From Camelus dromedarius (taxonomy: Eukaryota), in NCBI RefSeq assembly GCF_036321535.1, contig NC_087447.1, positions 49,044,001 through 49,108,000 of the forward strand: DNA of 64,000 nucleotides, given 5' to 3'. A program made the translations under genes and the position numbers. Below the pieces are notes generated by a model that worked only from the letters and a program-made list of their open reading frames with translations, did no database searches and was not told the DNA's origin. Positions 13,330 to 25,794 of this stretch are shown here, in pieces (positions within the stretch are counted from its first letter, which is position 1; every line of letters begins with the position of its first letter).

Positions 13330-13572
13330 ATCTAGACTTTAGAAAAAGAGGGGAGGAGGATAACTTACAAAGAAGACCAATATGTATTAATAAATGTCTA
13401 TATAATGGTGGTTAGAGAGGGTGAAGGGTTGCTTTTGTGCAAATCAAGGAGTCAAGAAGCAGTCATAACAGAATGGAAGATGAAGAATTTAATTTTGTCA
13501 GGATGCAAAATTCCATCCCTCCAAATCAGGCAGCTAAAAGTTGAAGTTACAATTAAAGTTGGCTGAAAGTTG

Positions 13573-14178
13573 GGGAACCCTCCTACTCTGTTGGTAGGAA
13601 TGTAAATTGGTGCAGCCACTATGGAGAAGAATACGGAGATTCCTTAAAAACTAAAAATAGAGTTACTATATGATCCAGTAATCCCACTCCTGGGCATATA
13701 TCTGGAAAAGATGAAACTAACTCAAAAAGATAAGTGTATCCCAATGTTCACAGTAGCACTACTTACAGTAGTCAACACATGGAAGCAACATAAATGCCTC
13801 TTGATAGAGGAATGTATGAAGAAGATGTGGTGTGTATATACATATATGATATATATGACATATATATATGATAGAATATTATTCAGCCATAAAAAAGAAT
13901 GAAATAATGCCACCTGGAGATCTGATATATACAGTGTATAACAGATACATACTACTACATATAAAATAGAAAAACAACAGGACCTACTATATGGCACAGA
14001 GAACTATATTCAATACCTTGCAATAATCTATAATAGAGAGGAATCTGAAAAAGAATATATATACGTATAAAACTGAATTACCTTGCCGTACTTATGAAAC
14101 ATTGTAAATCAACTATGCTTCAGGAAGGAAGGAAGGGAAAAGGAAAGGAGAGGAGAGGGGAGGGGAGGGAGAAGAAAG
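13573..14178 (+). mobile_element. 5'-truncated L1 whose tail has become a GGAA/GGAG purine-rich repeat
   Basis: ORF2 C-terminal and 3'UTR similarity; purine tract ~14122-14180; degenerate TSD ending gaaagttg on both sides. Confidence 0.8.
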
Positions 14179-14493
14179 AAACTGGTAGAAAGTTGAAAGA
14201 TACCTAGGGTGTGTATATCATATTTCTGTGAAATTAAGTACCAGCTGAAAGATACAGGCTTAGGATTCTGTCTGATACTGTAAGCAGAATTTGGCCGTCA
14301 GGCCAGCTTGTTCCTTACAAGGTTGGTTTAATGCCCCTGGAAATAAATTCAGTTTCCAATGACACCTTGAAATTTCTGCCTAATTTTTCACTGGGTTAAG
14401 ATGAATATAGCTTAATTTGTCAAATTTATGAACTAAGTAAATATTAAAGGTACAGTGAAAGTGATTATTTTTTGGCACAAAATTACTAGATTT

Positions 14494-14554
14494 TTTAAAA
14501 ATCTTTTTTTAACATTTTTTATTGATTTATAATCATTTTACAATGTTGTGTCAA
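14494..14554 (-). mobile_element. Ultra-short (61 bp) L1 3'-end insertion
   Basis: Reverse complement matches the 3' end of L1 #3 (ttgacac..attgtaaaatgattataaatc..aataaaaaatgttaaaa). 17-bp TSD acaaaattac(t/c)agattt at 14477-14493 and 14555-14571. Confidence 0.85.
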
Positions 14555-14889
14555 ACAAAATTACCAGATTTCTGAGTGAATATTCTAGATGAATAGTTCT
14601 GTTTGAAGGCATAATTGGTTTTAAAGTTTGAAACTTTGATAAATTGAATATTAATTTCAACACAGGCAGCATGAGTACTCCTTGACACAATCCAAACATC
14701 ACTCATTCATCTAACAAACTTACTAAGCACCTATTGTGTTATCAGTTTGAGATGATGAAGATATAGCTGTAAGCAAAACAAAGCCCTAGTTCTTAAAAGA
14801 ACCTACATTCTGGAGGTAGACAACTGATAATAGACAGAAAGATATATGTTAGGTGGTAACTCTCGTAAAGATAAATATTTAAAACCTCA

Positions 14890-17060
14890 AGTGAGAATGT
14901 AGAAAAATGGAAAGATTGCAGCTCTCCTCCTAACAAGATAAAAACTAAATAACCTACAGCATCGCAGGTTTTCTTGAGTCCAGTGGAGAGCTAAGGTCTC
15001 AGGGCAATCAAGTGGCCTGAAATCTAAGAAGAGGAGGCATATCCAAGGGGGAACAGGACACGGACACTGGCTCACCTACAGCAGAGTGTGGGAGGAAGAG
15101 ATGGTGAATGCCATACAAGCATTTCAAAAGAAATCAGCTAAAATTTTTAGTGAATTGCTAAAGGCCAAGTGTGGGCTAGAGTAAGAGAACAGAAGTGAGA
15201 GCTGCAGACACAAGGGGAATTCACACCCACTTGTGGATGAAGGGCTGAACGCAGGAAGAGAGACTGGAGAAAGTCTTCCTTGGGGTGCAGGCCTGGAGGA
15301 GAAGAGCAGCTACCACTGTAGGAAAGACAGGAAGCCTTGCCAACCCTTCTGCCTAGTGAACAAAAGCCTAAGTTGCTGAGGAAGATCAGTAAAACCTGTG
15401 AGGGCCCAAGGCTCTGCATTCTGGGGGAATTAAAACCTGATACTCTTGGGGTAGGGGGGTGGAATACAGCCTGGCCCATTACATAGAGGTTACCTACTGC
15501 TGGGAGAGGGACAGAACCACTAAGAAAGGCCCATCCTGCAGACAAAGGAACACAGGGCCTACCTAAGACTGGGGCTGGGCCCTCCCATTGGCCCCCTACC
15601 ATCAGGCTGGCAAGCACTAAGTAACAAGCAAAAGCAGTCTACTGCTGGGGGAGGAATAAGAGTGTGGAGATAAATTCCTCTGAGGTGTAGGAACACAGAA
15701 AAGGCTGCAAGATGAGGACAGAGCAGAAACATAGAAAAATGCTCTGGCATCCCAGTGAGAATCCACTACATGCTGTCTCAGTGAGATGGACTTTAAATAC
15801 AAAGCTATAAACATGTTGGAAATAAAAGGAAAGAAAGATATAGCATGCAAACAGCAAGCATAAGAAAGCTATATATCTATACTAAAATCAGAAAAAACAG
15901 ACATTAAGACAAGGAGTATTATTAGAGGCAAAGGAAAATAAGTCATAACAATAAAGCATCAACACATCAAGTAGACATAAAAATTCTAAATGAATATGTA
16001 CCTAAGCTTCAAAATACATGCAGCAAAAACTGACAGAACTAAAGGGGGAAATAAACAAATCCACAATCATGACTGAAGATTTTGGCACACGACTTTTAAA
16101 AACTGACAGAACAAATAAACAGGACAATAGTACAGGAAAGATCTGAGTGATACCATCAACTACCTTAACAACTGATATTTATAGAACACTGTCCTCAAAC
16201 TGCAGAATACACTTTTTTTCCTAAGTGTACACAGAACGTACACCAGGATAGAATATAGGGTGGACCATAAAATAAGTTTAAATAAATTTCAGAAGAATGA
16301 AATCTTACAGATTATGCTTTCTGACCACAAGAGAATTAAATTAGAAATCAACAAATGTAAGTTATTGAGAAGATCCCCATATATATGGAAATTAAACAAC
16401 CCACTTCTAAACAACCCATGGGTCAAGAAAGAAATTACAAAAAATTTTAAAATATTTTTAAAATTTTTTTTGGGGGGGGAGGTTATTAGGTAAAAATATT
16501 TTAACTGAATGGAAAACAAAACACAAATCACAATTTGTAGGACGCAGCTCCACTAGTGCTTAAAGAAAAAAAGTTTTACATGCTTATATTAAGAAGAAAG
16601 GTCTAAATCAATGACTAAAAAGTAGACTACTTAAGAAACCAGAAAAAGAAGAGCAATTAAACTCATTGTGAGTAGGACAGAAATAAAAGTTACAAACAGA
16701 AATCAATGAAATGGAAAACAGACAGTAGAAAAATCCAGAGAAACCAGCAGCTGGTTTATTTTTTTTTAAATCAATAAAGGGGATAACTTCTATTTTGAAT
16801 CAATAAAATTAAAGACACAAATTACCAGGTTCAAGAATGAAAGGAGGATCCATAATACATCCATGGGCCACTGATTTTCAACAAGGGTGAGAAGACCATT
16901 CAATGGGGAAAGAACACTCTTTTCAATAAATGGTGTTGAGAAAACTGCATATTCACATACAAAAGAATGAAAATGGACCCCTATTTCACAACACATATAA
17001 AGGTTAACTGAAAATGGATCAAAGAACTAAATGTTACAGCTAAAATTACAACTTAGAAGA
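14890..17060 (+). mobile_element. Ancient L1M fragments (probable 5' region plus ORF2 endonuclease and later pieces)
   Basis: Degenerate ORF2 peptide at 16260-16493 (DHKISLNKF..SDHKRIKLEIN..WKLNNPLLNNPWVKKEI). Boundaries approximate. Confidence 0.7.
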
Positions 17061-17249
17061 AAGCACCTGGGGAGTTTCGCTATGCCAACCTTTTGCCTGA
17101 GAAGGAATGTAAGCAGAGTTCCTTCAAAGCTGCCTGCATTTCACACCTGAGTAGGGCTCAATCAGTGGGGTTTATAGGAAGTTTTATAGGACGTGGCTTT
17201 TAGAAAAATATGTTAACATGAAACATGTTAAGGAAACACATGTTAAATC

Positions 17250-17610
17250 TGCCCCATGGACTTTACATCTGCTGCTCCCTGAGGCTAGAACTTTTCTCAC
17301 TTCACTCTACCCTCACTCCTCACCTCACTGAACTCAATGATTCCGATCTCAGCTTAACCACCACCCTTGAGAGATCTTCCCTGATCCCGAGCATTAGGTT
17401 AAGATCCCATGACATACTTCATAGCACTACGAATGTCTTCATACCACTAAGCACACTTATATTGTGATCATTTGTCCAGTATCAGTGTCCCTGTAGGTGA
17501 CAAGCTTTACAAGGGCAGAGGGCCAATCTTTCTTTGTACACTGTATCCCCAGCGCCTAGCACAGAGCTGGCATATGGGAAATGTTAAATCAATATCTGTG
17601 ACTGAATGGA
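17250..17610 (+). mobile_element. L2 3' fragment (other L2 remnants at ~4340-4620, 12440-12840, 42250-42880, 55700-56230, 57420-57700, 62080-62830)
   Basis: ctgtatccccagcgcctagcacagagctggcata..aatatctgtgactgaatg is a typical L2 3' end. Confidence 0.65.
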
Positions 17611-17773
17611 CTCCTGCCTGGCCTGCACTCCCTGCACTTCCCCCACGCTGAGAATTCCCGAGCCTACATTACTGCTGATGCAGGGAATCAGAGCGCTGGC
17701 TTTCAGGCAGAGAGGCTCACATCCAACCCTCCCAACTGTGCTGGAGGAAAGAGGTAGAGAAGCAGAGAGTCAC

Positions 17774-17899
17774 CTTGTTGTAGGCCAGGTTAAGGTACCT
17801 CAGCTCTGGGAAGGGCGGGGCCAGCGTCTGGTTCCTTGCCTTCAGTGACTTCACAGGAAGAATCTCGAATATGGGAGGAAGTGCACATACCTTGCTTGT
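17774..17899 (-). CDS. XRRA1: XRRA1 coding exon G (126 nt), TSKVCALPPIFEILPVKSLKARNQTLAPPFPELRYLNLAYNK
   Basis: ctttcttttctttctaag|ACAAGC...AACAAG|gtgact. LRR LRYLNLAYNK(I). Phase 0 to 0. The acceptor could be 9 nt further in. Confidence 0.92.
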
Positions 17900-19416
17900 C
17901 TTAGAAAGAAAAGAAAGTCAGAGTCAAAGTGCCCTTATGATAAAGAAGGGGACCAACAGACCCATCCTAAGGAGTGTGGTGGAAAGAATGACTGACCATT
18001 CCAGAGAGGCTTGGCCAAAAGAGACATCTAGGGTCATAAGAGGAGATACCACCAAGGGCCCAGAGTTCTGGCTCCAAGTTCTCTGATGTCACATGATGAG
18101 CTAGTTTTCTGGCACCCAAAATTCCAGTTTCAAGTTCTCTGGAGCCAAAGGATAATACAGCAGCGAGGCAAACATCAGAGATTCTTTGCTCTCAGTTCCC
18201 ACTTTCTGCCCTACAGTGGCTTATCCTAAACTGGGCCTTCTACACAGTTGCGCTAAAATTTCTCCAGAAGGCAAAAGGGTAGGTGCTTGCATTGTTAAGG
18301 AGACTTTTCCTTATGAGGAGACAGAGAGCAAGAGTGACCTGAGCCTTGAGCACCTGATTTGTTGGGCTAGTCCACATCCTACAGTGCAGGCTTTTCATTT
18401 CAGGAAGAAACAACAGCTAAATCCTGGATGACTTCAGACAGGCCTTGGGGCCTGGATGTGGCCAGTTTATCTGGGTCACTTGCAGGGTCATGGTCTCTCA
18501 TCACAACCCAGCCTGCCTCTGGGTCAACATGTTTGATCAAGGAGAAAGTGGTAATTGCTGGATTAACCATGCCTAACTCAGTTCACTCACTGATTCCTTT
18601 GAATCAGCTGAGTTAGATGCAACCAAAGGAAATTACCGGGAAGATGCTTGGCTAATGGGTTATCTGGACTGGGTTCAGGTAAACTAGTTTCTGTTCTAAG
18701 TTCCATTAATTGCTGTGTAACCTTGAGCAAATCACTTAAATTTCACTTGTTCATTCAATGACCATTTGTGGAACATCTACTTTTGGCCAAATATTTTGTG
18801 TCCTCTTGGAGTCCAACTTGTACAGCCACAAGTGAGACAGGTGAGTCATGGGTGAGAGTAAAACAAAAACCAGTGATGGTGCCTGGGAACTTATATGAAC
18901 TTGGAAACTCTCCTCTAAAGGAGATCCAAATGCAATCTCCAAGAGGCCAGAGTGGAATTTGTGGCAATCTGGTAAGGCATTATCCTCAACTGTGCAATTC
19001 CCTACCTGGAGTAACGCTGTGTGAATCAAAGGAGGCAAGTCCGACTGGAGCACAGAAATGTAAAAAAGCCAGACAGGCTTGGGTGGTATCTAGCCCTGTC
19101 AAGGGTCAGGGATGTCCTGACCTGAGGGCATGACACTAGCTCTGCTGCGGACAGAGAGGGCCCTGTCTCAAAGGGGGGAATGCATCTGACCTAGACAGAG
19201 AGAGGCCACTTAAAGTTTCAACCATTCAACTCAGTCTCTATATTCTTGGATGCCAGACAGTTGGAGTCTGAGCACTGACCAATCTACCAATTATCTCTGG
19301 CTTCTGTGTCCACAAGCCCCTCTATCCCTTATGTATGCCCTTTTGCAGTGTGACCCTACTGCTCCTCCTATTCAGACGTAGAGTCTGTATCTCTACCTCC
19401 TTAAGACCAGACTGGC

Positions 19417-20116
19417 TGCTGTATAATAAAAATTTTGTCTGGTCTTTGTCCTGAATTCTTGACAATGAGCTTCTAAAACCCTTGGAATCTTATGAGTGAT
19501 AGGAATGTCTGTTATTCATGACCCCTTGGATCATTCCTGAGTTCATGTCAGTGAGATGACTTAGGACGGATGGGAGCTGGCCATACCAGAAAGACAACCA
19601 TGTGATTAGAGGATTGGGACTTTGAGCCAGTCTCACCTCTGGGGAGTGGGGCAGGGGTTAGAGATTGAGTTCAATCATTTCCTGTAGCTAATGGTTCAGC
19701 TGATCATGCCTATGTAATGAAACTCCAATAAAAGCTCTGACACAGAGGTGAGCTTCCTGGTTGGTGAAGACAACAGATGTGCTGGGAGGGTAACACACAC
19801 TGGAGCCCTCCTGGACCTCGTTATGTGTCTTTTCATTCGTCTGGTCCTGATTTGTACCCTTTATAGTAAAACTGTAACCAAAACTATAGTGCTTTCCTGA
19901 GTTGTATGAGTCATTCCAACAAATTTTTGAACCTAAGGGGGTCATGGGAGCTCTAAAATATATTGCTAGTAGGTCACAAATATGAATAGCCTGGGGACAC
20001 CCAACCTGCAGCTAGTGTCTAAATTGGGGGCAGTCTTGTTGGGGACTGTGCCCTTAACCTGCGGGATCCCTGCTAATTCTAGGTGGCTAGCATCATATAT
20101 GTACTGCAGTGTTATA
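19417..20116. mobile_element. Solo LTR (MER21-like) inserted into an MLT1-type LTR (~19280-19416 and 20117-20440)
   Basis: TG start, TA end (probably CA to TA). 5-bp TSD ctggc at 19412-19416 and 20117-20121. The host MLT1 sequence (..ctggc|cttatgacttgctttgaccaat) resumes across the insertion. Confidence 0.72.
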
Positions 20117-21068
20117 CTGGCCTTATGACTTGCTTTGACCAATACTTTGACCAACAGAAAGTACCACTGTTTGAATTTCAGAGCACTGCTCTCTTGGAAT
20201 TCTAATGCCATCATGCTGCAAAGAAGTTCATGATGAAAAGACAGCATAAAGATGCCAAGCCATGCCAGCTGTCCACGAGCCCAGCCCCCAGATAAACAGC
20301 CAGTTGCATAAATGTGCCCTGGCTAAACACCAGCAGAATTATCTAACCAACCTAAATAACTGTGAGAAGTAATAAACTGCTATCGTTTAAAGTCAGCATT
20401 GTTGGGTTGGCTTTAAGTGGCAATAATGTAACAATTGATATAAGTTCTCACCCAGTTACATATGCGGGAGAAGATGAACTGAGCTGCTTCTCAAGGATGC
20501 AGGTTGACTAACTGTACAATGGTACTTCTTACTAACAAATGAATAAATCAACATTTAGTTAGTACACCAGTCTTTGTTGAGCTTGTTTAGTGAGCATCTA
20601 CCCTGAGAGAAGAGCCAATTTTCTGTGCTGACAAAAATCAAGTATCTAAGTCTGTGGCACCAAGGATTAGACCCCTGGATGGTGGTGTATTTGGCCAGGA
20701 TCACTCTAGTTATGTGGGGAAGGTTCTTGTTAAGGAGCTGCTGAGCTTCATCTTGGTGGCAGCCTCATTTCAATGCCAGCTTGATCACTTGAGGCAACAA
20801 TCATTTCCATTGAACAGCATCTGAGAACAATGGAAGCTAGCTCGTGGGCAGTGTGAGGTCAGGACCTGTCTGCTGAGTCCATTCCTGTAGCCCCATAGAC
20901 CAGCGCAATACCTGGCACATGGTAGGTGCCCTGTAAAAACGTGTTCGGTGAATGCACTTCCTCAGTGTGATATATATAAGTGCCTCTCATGGCTCCATTA
21001 ACTTATTTTTGTATATTAAAATTAATGCTTTAACTCAAGGACACAAATATAAAATAGGCAGTTCCTAC

Positions 21069-21109
21069 CTCTGAGGTTGAAAATCCAGGATAAGATGAGA
21101 ACACGACCT
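21069..21109 (-). CDS. XRRA1: XRRA1 small coding exon F (41 nt), (E)VVFSSYPGFSTSE
   Basis: tctatttcag|AGGTCGTG...TCAGAG|gtagga. Matches recalled XRRA1 EVVFSSYPGFSTSE and is needed to keep frame between exons E and G. Phase 1 to 0. Confidence 0.92.
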
Positions 21110-22952
21110 CTGAAATAGAAGAGAAACAGAACGAAGGTTGGTGACAGCGCTGACTGACTCCCAGAGAGGCCAGGGTCTGGTTCAGCCATCCACTATATAT
21201 ATGCAGCACAGTGTCTTCTATTAGGGTCCTCAATGGTCCTCAGCTCCAGTGCTAATTGGGAAGAGGTACCACCTATGACATACGTTAGGTAGTAAGCCCT
21301 TTGCACTAAGAATCAAATTCAAGCTCCTTGGCCAGGCCTCTAAGGCCCTTCCTGATCTGGCCCCTGCCTACTTCTCCAATCTTATCTCATGCTACCCTGC
21401 CCCTCACTTACTATATTTCAGCCACAATGACGTCTTTCTGACTTTACAAAATGCAAGCTCTTTCTAAACTCAGAACTATTGGGTAGTTAGCACTGGTTAG
21501 AAAGCAAACCTACTGTCTTAGAAGAAAGAAATGTATACAAAAGATATTCTGTCAGAGGATTTGAAAATATTATTTGCTGTATCACAGAAACAGAGGGTGT
21601 TAAGACAGTGAATTCAGGAGAGAGAAGTAGTAATGGGGAAGCTGCAGAGTGACTTCATTCTTGGGACCATCAGACTAAGATGAGTCAATTAACAGCTAAG
21701 TTCAACCTAGTAAAACAAAACACCTGCTGGGACTGGATCCTGTGCAGGGACCACTCACCTTTGCCCTGACTAACAGGATCCCTTCCACATATTAATAATA
21801 TTATACTGAGAAAGGCTACATGACAATGAAATCATCAATAGTAGGGGTGGAACATCACGTGGCATAAATAACTTTTCCTAAGAAGAGGGTCTGGAAGGAA
21901 TTGGGGGAAGGTTTGTGCAAGGAAGAAAGCAGGAGTTAGCTGGAGGATGGGCCATGGTCACAACTGTGGGTGCTAAGCAGTGGTCCTCTGGGGAGACAGA
22001 GAGGCCCCACATTTAGAAAGATAAGCTGAGGTACACTCTGAACTCATGTCCTGGGCCCCACCCACATTTACAGGAAGCAACTCCAAAAACTAGAACCTGC
22101 ACTCCAAGGTTCAAATTGGGGCCTGTTCAAGAGAAAGAAGGACAATCAAGCATCTCCTAATATTTGAGGAAAATTAACATTAGGAAAGAAAGTTTTGAAA
22201 CATTACAGAACTATCATCTGAAAAAAACAACAGAGTTTAAACAAAAGAATAAAAACTTTAACATAGAATAATTAGTGTCCTCCAAGGAATTCAAAAGGCT
22301 ATTTCATTCTTAAAACAAAAATAGGTTATTACAAAAGAAAACTATTAATAATTTTGTAATTTTAAAGTATGATAACCAAATAAAAGACTTAATGTGATGA
22401 ATAGAAGAACAGAACCATCTGAAGAGCTAATTCATAAAATGGAGAATGTAAAGGAGAAAATAAATAAAAAATTTCCAAGATGAAGAAAGCCACATGGCCT
22501 TGACTAAAATAACCATTAAAGTGCCCCAAAAGATAAACAAAAAAGAATTGCACACCTAGATGCATCTTAGTAACTATTTCCAAAGGATAAAAGGGAAATA
22601 TTAAGAGATTCCAGGAAGCAAAAATTAGTTTCCTACAAAGGGATGAGAATCAGACTGGGATGAGACTTCTCACTGGCAACAATGGATCTGGAGGGCAATG
22701 GAGTAATATCTTCCAAGTTTTAAGGGAAAATTATTTTAAGGCTAGAGTTCTCTATTCAACAAACTAACATTCAAATATGGTAACAAAATAAAGGTAACTT
22801 TGGATATTTTATGGACTGAGAAAATCTACTACATGTAAACCCTCTTTGAAAGTATTATTCAAACAGCAAAATGAAAAGCAATACTGAATAGGAAGCTATC
22901 TTTGTCACTACGAGAAGGGAGATGTTTCTTAAATAAGAATCCAAAGGCATAA

Positions 22953-23294
22953 TTCGCAACAACATGGTTGGACCTACAGATGATCACACTAAGTGAATAA
23001 GTCAGACAAATATCATATGATATCACTTATATGTGGAATCTAAACTATGATACAAATGAACTTACCTACAAAACAGACTCACAGACATAGAAAACAAATT
23101 TACAGTTACCAAAGGGGAAAGAAGGGGGAGGGATAAATTAGGGGTTTGAGATTAGCAGATACAAACTACTATATATAAAACAGGTAGACAAGGTCCTATT
23201 GTATAGCACAACTATATATTCAGCATCTTGTAATAATTGCTGTACACCAAAAACTAACACAACATTGTAAATTAACTATATTTCAATAAAAAAA
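22953..23294 (+). mobile_element. 5'-truncated L1 3' end
   Basis: ORF2 tail, 3'UTR and poly(A). Imperfect TSD aagaatccaaaggcataa at 22935-22952 and aagaaatcaaaggcctaa at 23295-23312. Confidence 0.82.
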
Positions 23295-23339
23295 AAGAAA
23301 TCAAAGGCCTAACCATAAGGTAAAATTGGATAGATCTGG

Positions 23340-23718
23340 TGTTAGGGACTGAATTGTGTTGCTCTCACCAATTTGTATGTTGAAGTCCTAACCCACCCAG
23401 TACCTGAGAATGTGACTGTATTTGGAAGCAGGACCTTTAAATAGGTAATTAAGGTAAATATGGCCATTAGGATAGACCCTAACTCAATATGAATGGTCTC
23501 CTTGTAAGAATAGGATATTAGGACACAGACAACACAGAGGGATGACCAAGAGAGGATACACAAGAAGGCAGCCATCTGTAAGCCAAAGAGAGAGGCTTCA
23601 AAAGAAACTAAACCTGTCAACATCTTGATCTTGAACTCGTAAACTCCAGAACTGCGAGAAAATAAATATCCGCTGTTTAAGCCAGTCTGTGGTATTGTTA
23701 TGGAAGTTGTAACAAACA
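23340..23718 (+). mobile_element. MaLR solo LTR (MLT1A/B-like)
   Basis: tgttagggactgaattgtg..tatgttgaagtcctaacc..atgtgactgtatttgg..ctccagaactgcgagaaaataaa..gtttaagcca. Confidence 0.8.
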
Positions 23719-24524
23719 TTTCGCTAAATCAAAATTAAGAATTTCTCTTCAAAATGTCATCTCTACCATTACAGATGAAATTAACAGATGGGTGATGACA
23801 GGATAAAAGAATTTAAAACTGTCAAGGGATATAAAATAGCAATTCATAAAAGTTGAAAACCAAATAGCTAAGTAAATGAAGAAATAGTTAACATCACCAA
23901 TAATTAGAAAAATGCAAATTGAAACAATGAAATATCAGTTTACACCTACCAGAATAACAAAACTCAGAACAATTAAAAAGCTGGGGAATATCAAGTGCAG
24001 GCAAGGTTGTAGGGAAACAGGAACCCTGGTCCACTCTGGTGTGAGTATACATTAGAGCCACCATTTTGAAGAACAATCAAATCAGGTGGCATTTATATAA
24101 ACCATGTATGTGTATACTCTGTCATCCAACAATCCTGCTCCTAGAATAAATATTCCAGAAAAACTCTGGCACAGGGGTGTATGCAAGAGACATACACAAG
24201 GTAGGCAACCTAGGTGTCTATCAGGAAGGGAATAGATGAATAAGATGTGGTTACAGCACAGTGTGGAATATTACGCATTTGTTAAAAGGAAAGAACTGGA
24301 CGAGCATACAGTAACAAGGAAAAATCTTAAAAACAGTCGTGAGGGAAAAAAATTAAGTAGCAGAATGAGCTCAACAGCATATTACCATTACATAAATCAG
24401 AACACATTATACACAAAATAATACATTTTACAAAGATACATCCATATATCCAGGAAAGTATACCCAGCACAAACATAGATATTTATATGAAAATGGGAAA
24501 CAAGAGTGGAGATCAAGAATGAAG

Positions 24525-24633
24525 AAAAAAAGAATATGAAAATGAATATATGTATGTATATGTGTAACTGGGACATTGTGCTGTACACCAGAAATTGACA
24601 TATTGTAGCTGACTGTACTTCAATTAAAAAAAT
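24525..24633 (+). mobile_element. Short L1 3'-end insertion (~110 bp)
   Basis: Same 3'UTR type as 34663-34810. TSD agaatgaag at 24516-24524 and 24634-24642. Confidence 0.78.
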
Positions 24634-24741
24634 AGAATGAAGGAGAAAAAATAAGAGGGCAGGAGGAGCTTTGTACAGACTAAAGATTACACTGTGCTAA
24701 TAACCAGAGTTTTATTAACTCAACTCTCTGCTCGTTAAGTT

Positions 24742-24762
24742 ACACACACACACACACACACA
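24742..24762. repeat. (AC)10 microsatellite
   Basis: Read directly from the sequence. Confidence 0.95.
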
Positions 24763-25132
24763 ATGAGGAATCTAAGAAAGAGTAAGATTTGAGATATGAG
24801 CAGCTGTGGTCCCAGAAGCCAGTAAAACTAATAAGAGTTCAGTTTCTCAGTGTAAAGAGTTGTTGAGTAATTTCAAATATTAAAACCACTCAAATCATTA
24901 TTAGGGTTTATTACATTATGGGACATGATGGAGGTAGGGTGGAATATAGGTAAGCACATATGAAGATTTTTTTTCTTATTGAAGAATTATACTTACATTT
25001 GGTTGACTCCAGGTATTGATAGACAAAGGTGAGTTTAAATAACTAGAGCAAAGTTTTAGGGTAACCATTGAAGTAGAAATGAGATGGACAACTTTAAATC
25101 TCTAGATGAAAAAGCAGAATTAAAAGAAAACT

Positions 25133-25295
25133 TGGTGGGGAGGGTATAGCTCATGTGGAGAACACTTGCTTAGCATGCACTAGGTCCTGGGTTCAATCCC
25201 CAATGCCTCCATTTAAATAAATAGATAATAAACCTAATTACCTCCCCCGCATAAAACAAAAACAAAAAACCCAAAACAAACAAAGAAAAAAAAAA
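25133..25295 (+). mobile_element. tRNA-derived SINE, Vic-1-like (camelid)
   Basis: GGGGAGGGTATAGCTCA...GGGTTCAATCCCC with the same aaacctaattacctcccc tail and an A-rich end. TSD aaaagaaaact at 25122-25132 and 25296-25306. Confidence 0.88.
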
Positions 25296-25794
25296 AAAAG
25301 AAAACTCAATCGGTGCTCACAAAAAAGGCACAAAAGAGGGAAAAAAGCATGGTAAATAGAAAACAAACAATATTGATGACAGAAATAGATCAAAATTATC
25401 AATAATCACAATATAAGCGAGTTAAATTCTATTAAAAGAAAAAGACCCATATCAGGGAAAATATGAGGGTTATATTGTTTTTGAGACATCCTAAAATAAA
25501 TATTCATATCAAACAAAATGGAGGCCCAGGCTAAGGGCAAAAGTATTAAGATAAGGTGGAGTATTTTACAGTGATTAAAAGACACAATGTACCAAGATAA
25601 CAGTCACAAACCTCATAATGAAATCAAACCAACTTAATAGTTAAAAACAGCCAGAAATGTAAGGAGATACTGACAAACCGAAAATAGTGGTTAGGAGACT
25701 TAAACACAGCTGTTCCAAAGCTAACAAACCAAATAGACAAAAAATTATCTTGGGAAAAACCTGAACAACGTAATTGTGCCAATTATTAAGGTAC

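Noticed and set aside
15147..15617. 156-aa minus-strand ORF
   Set aside because: Lies in a decayed L1M-like 5' region and shows no domain signature.
25137..25210. tRNA-like sequence with A and B boxes (also 34234-34308)
   Set aside because: Both have a SINE tail and TSDs, so they are SINE heads, not tRNA genes.
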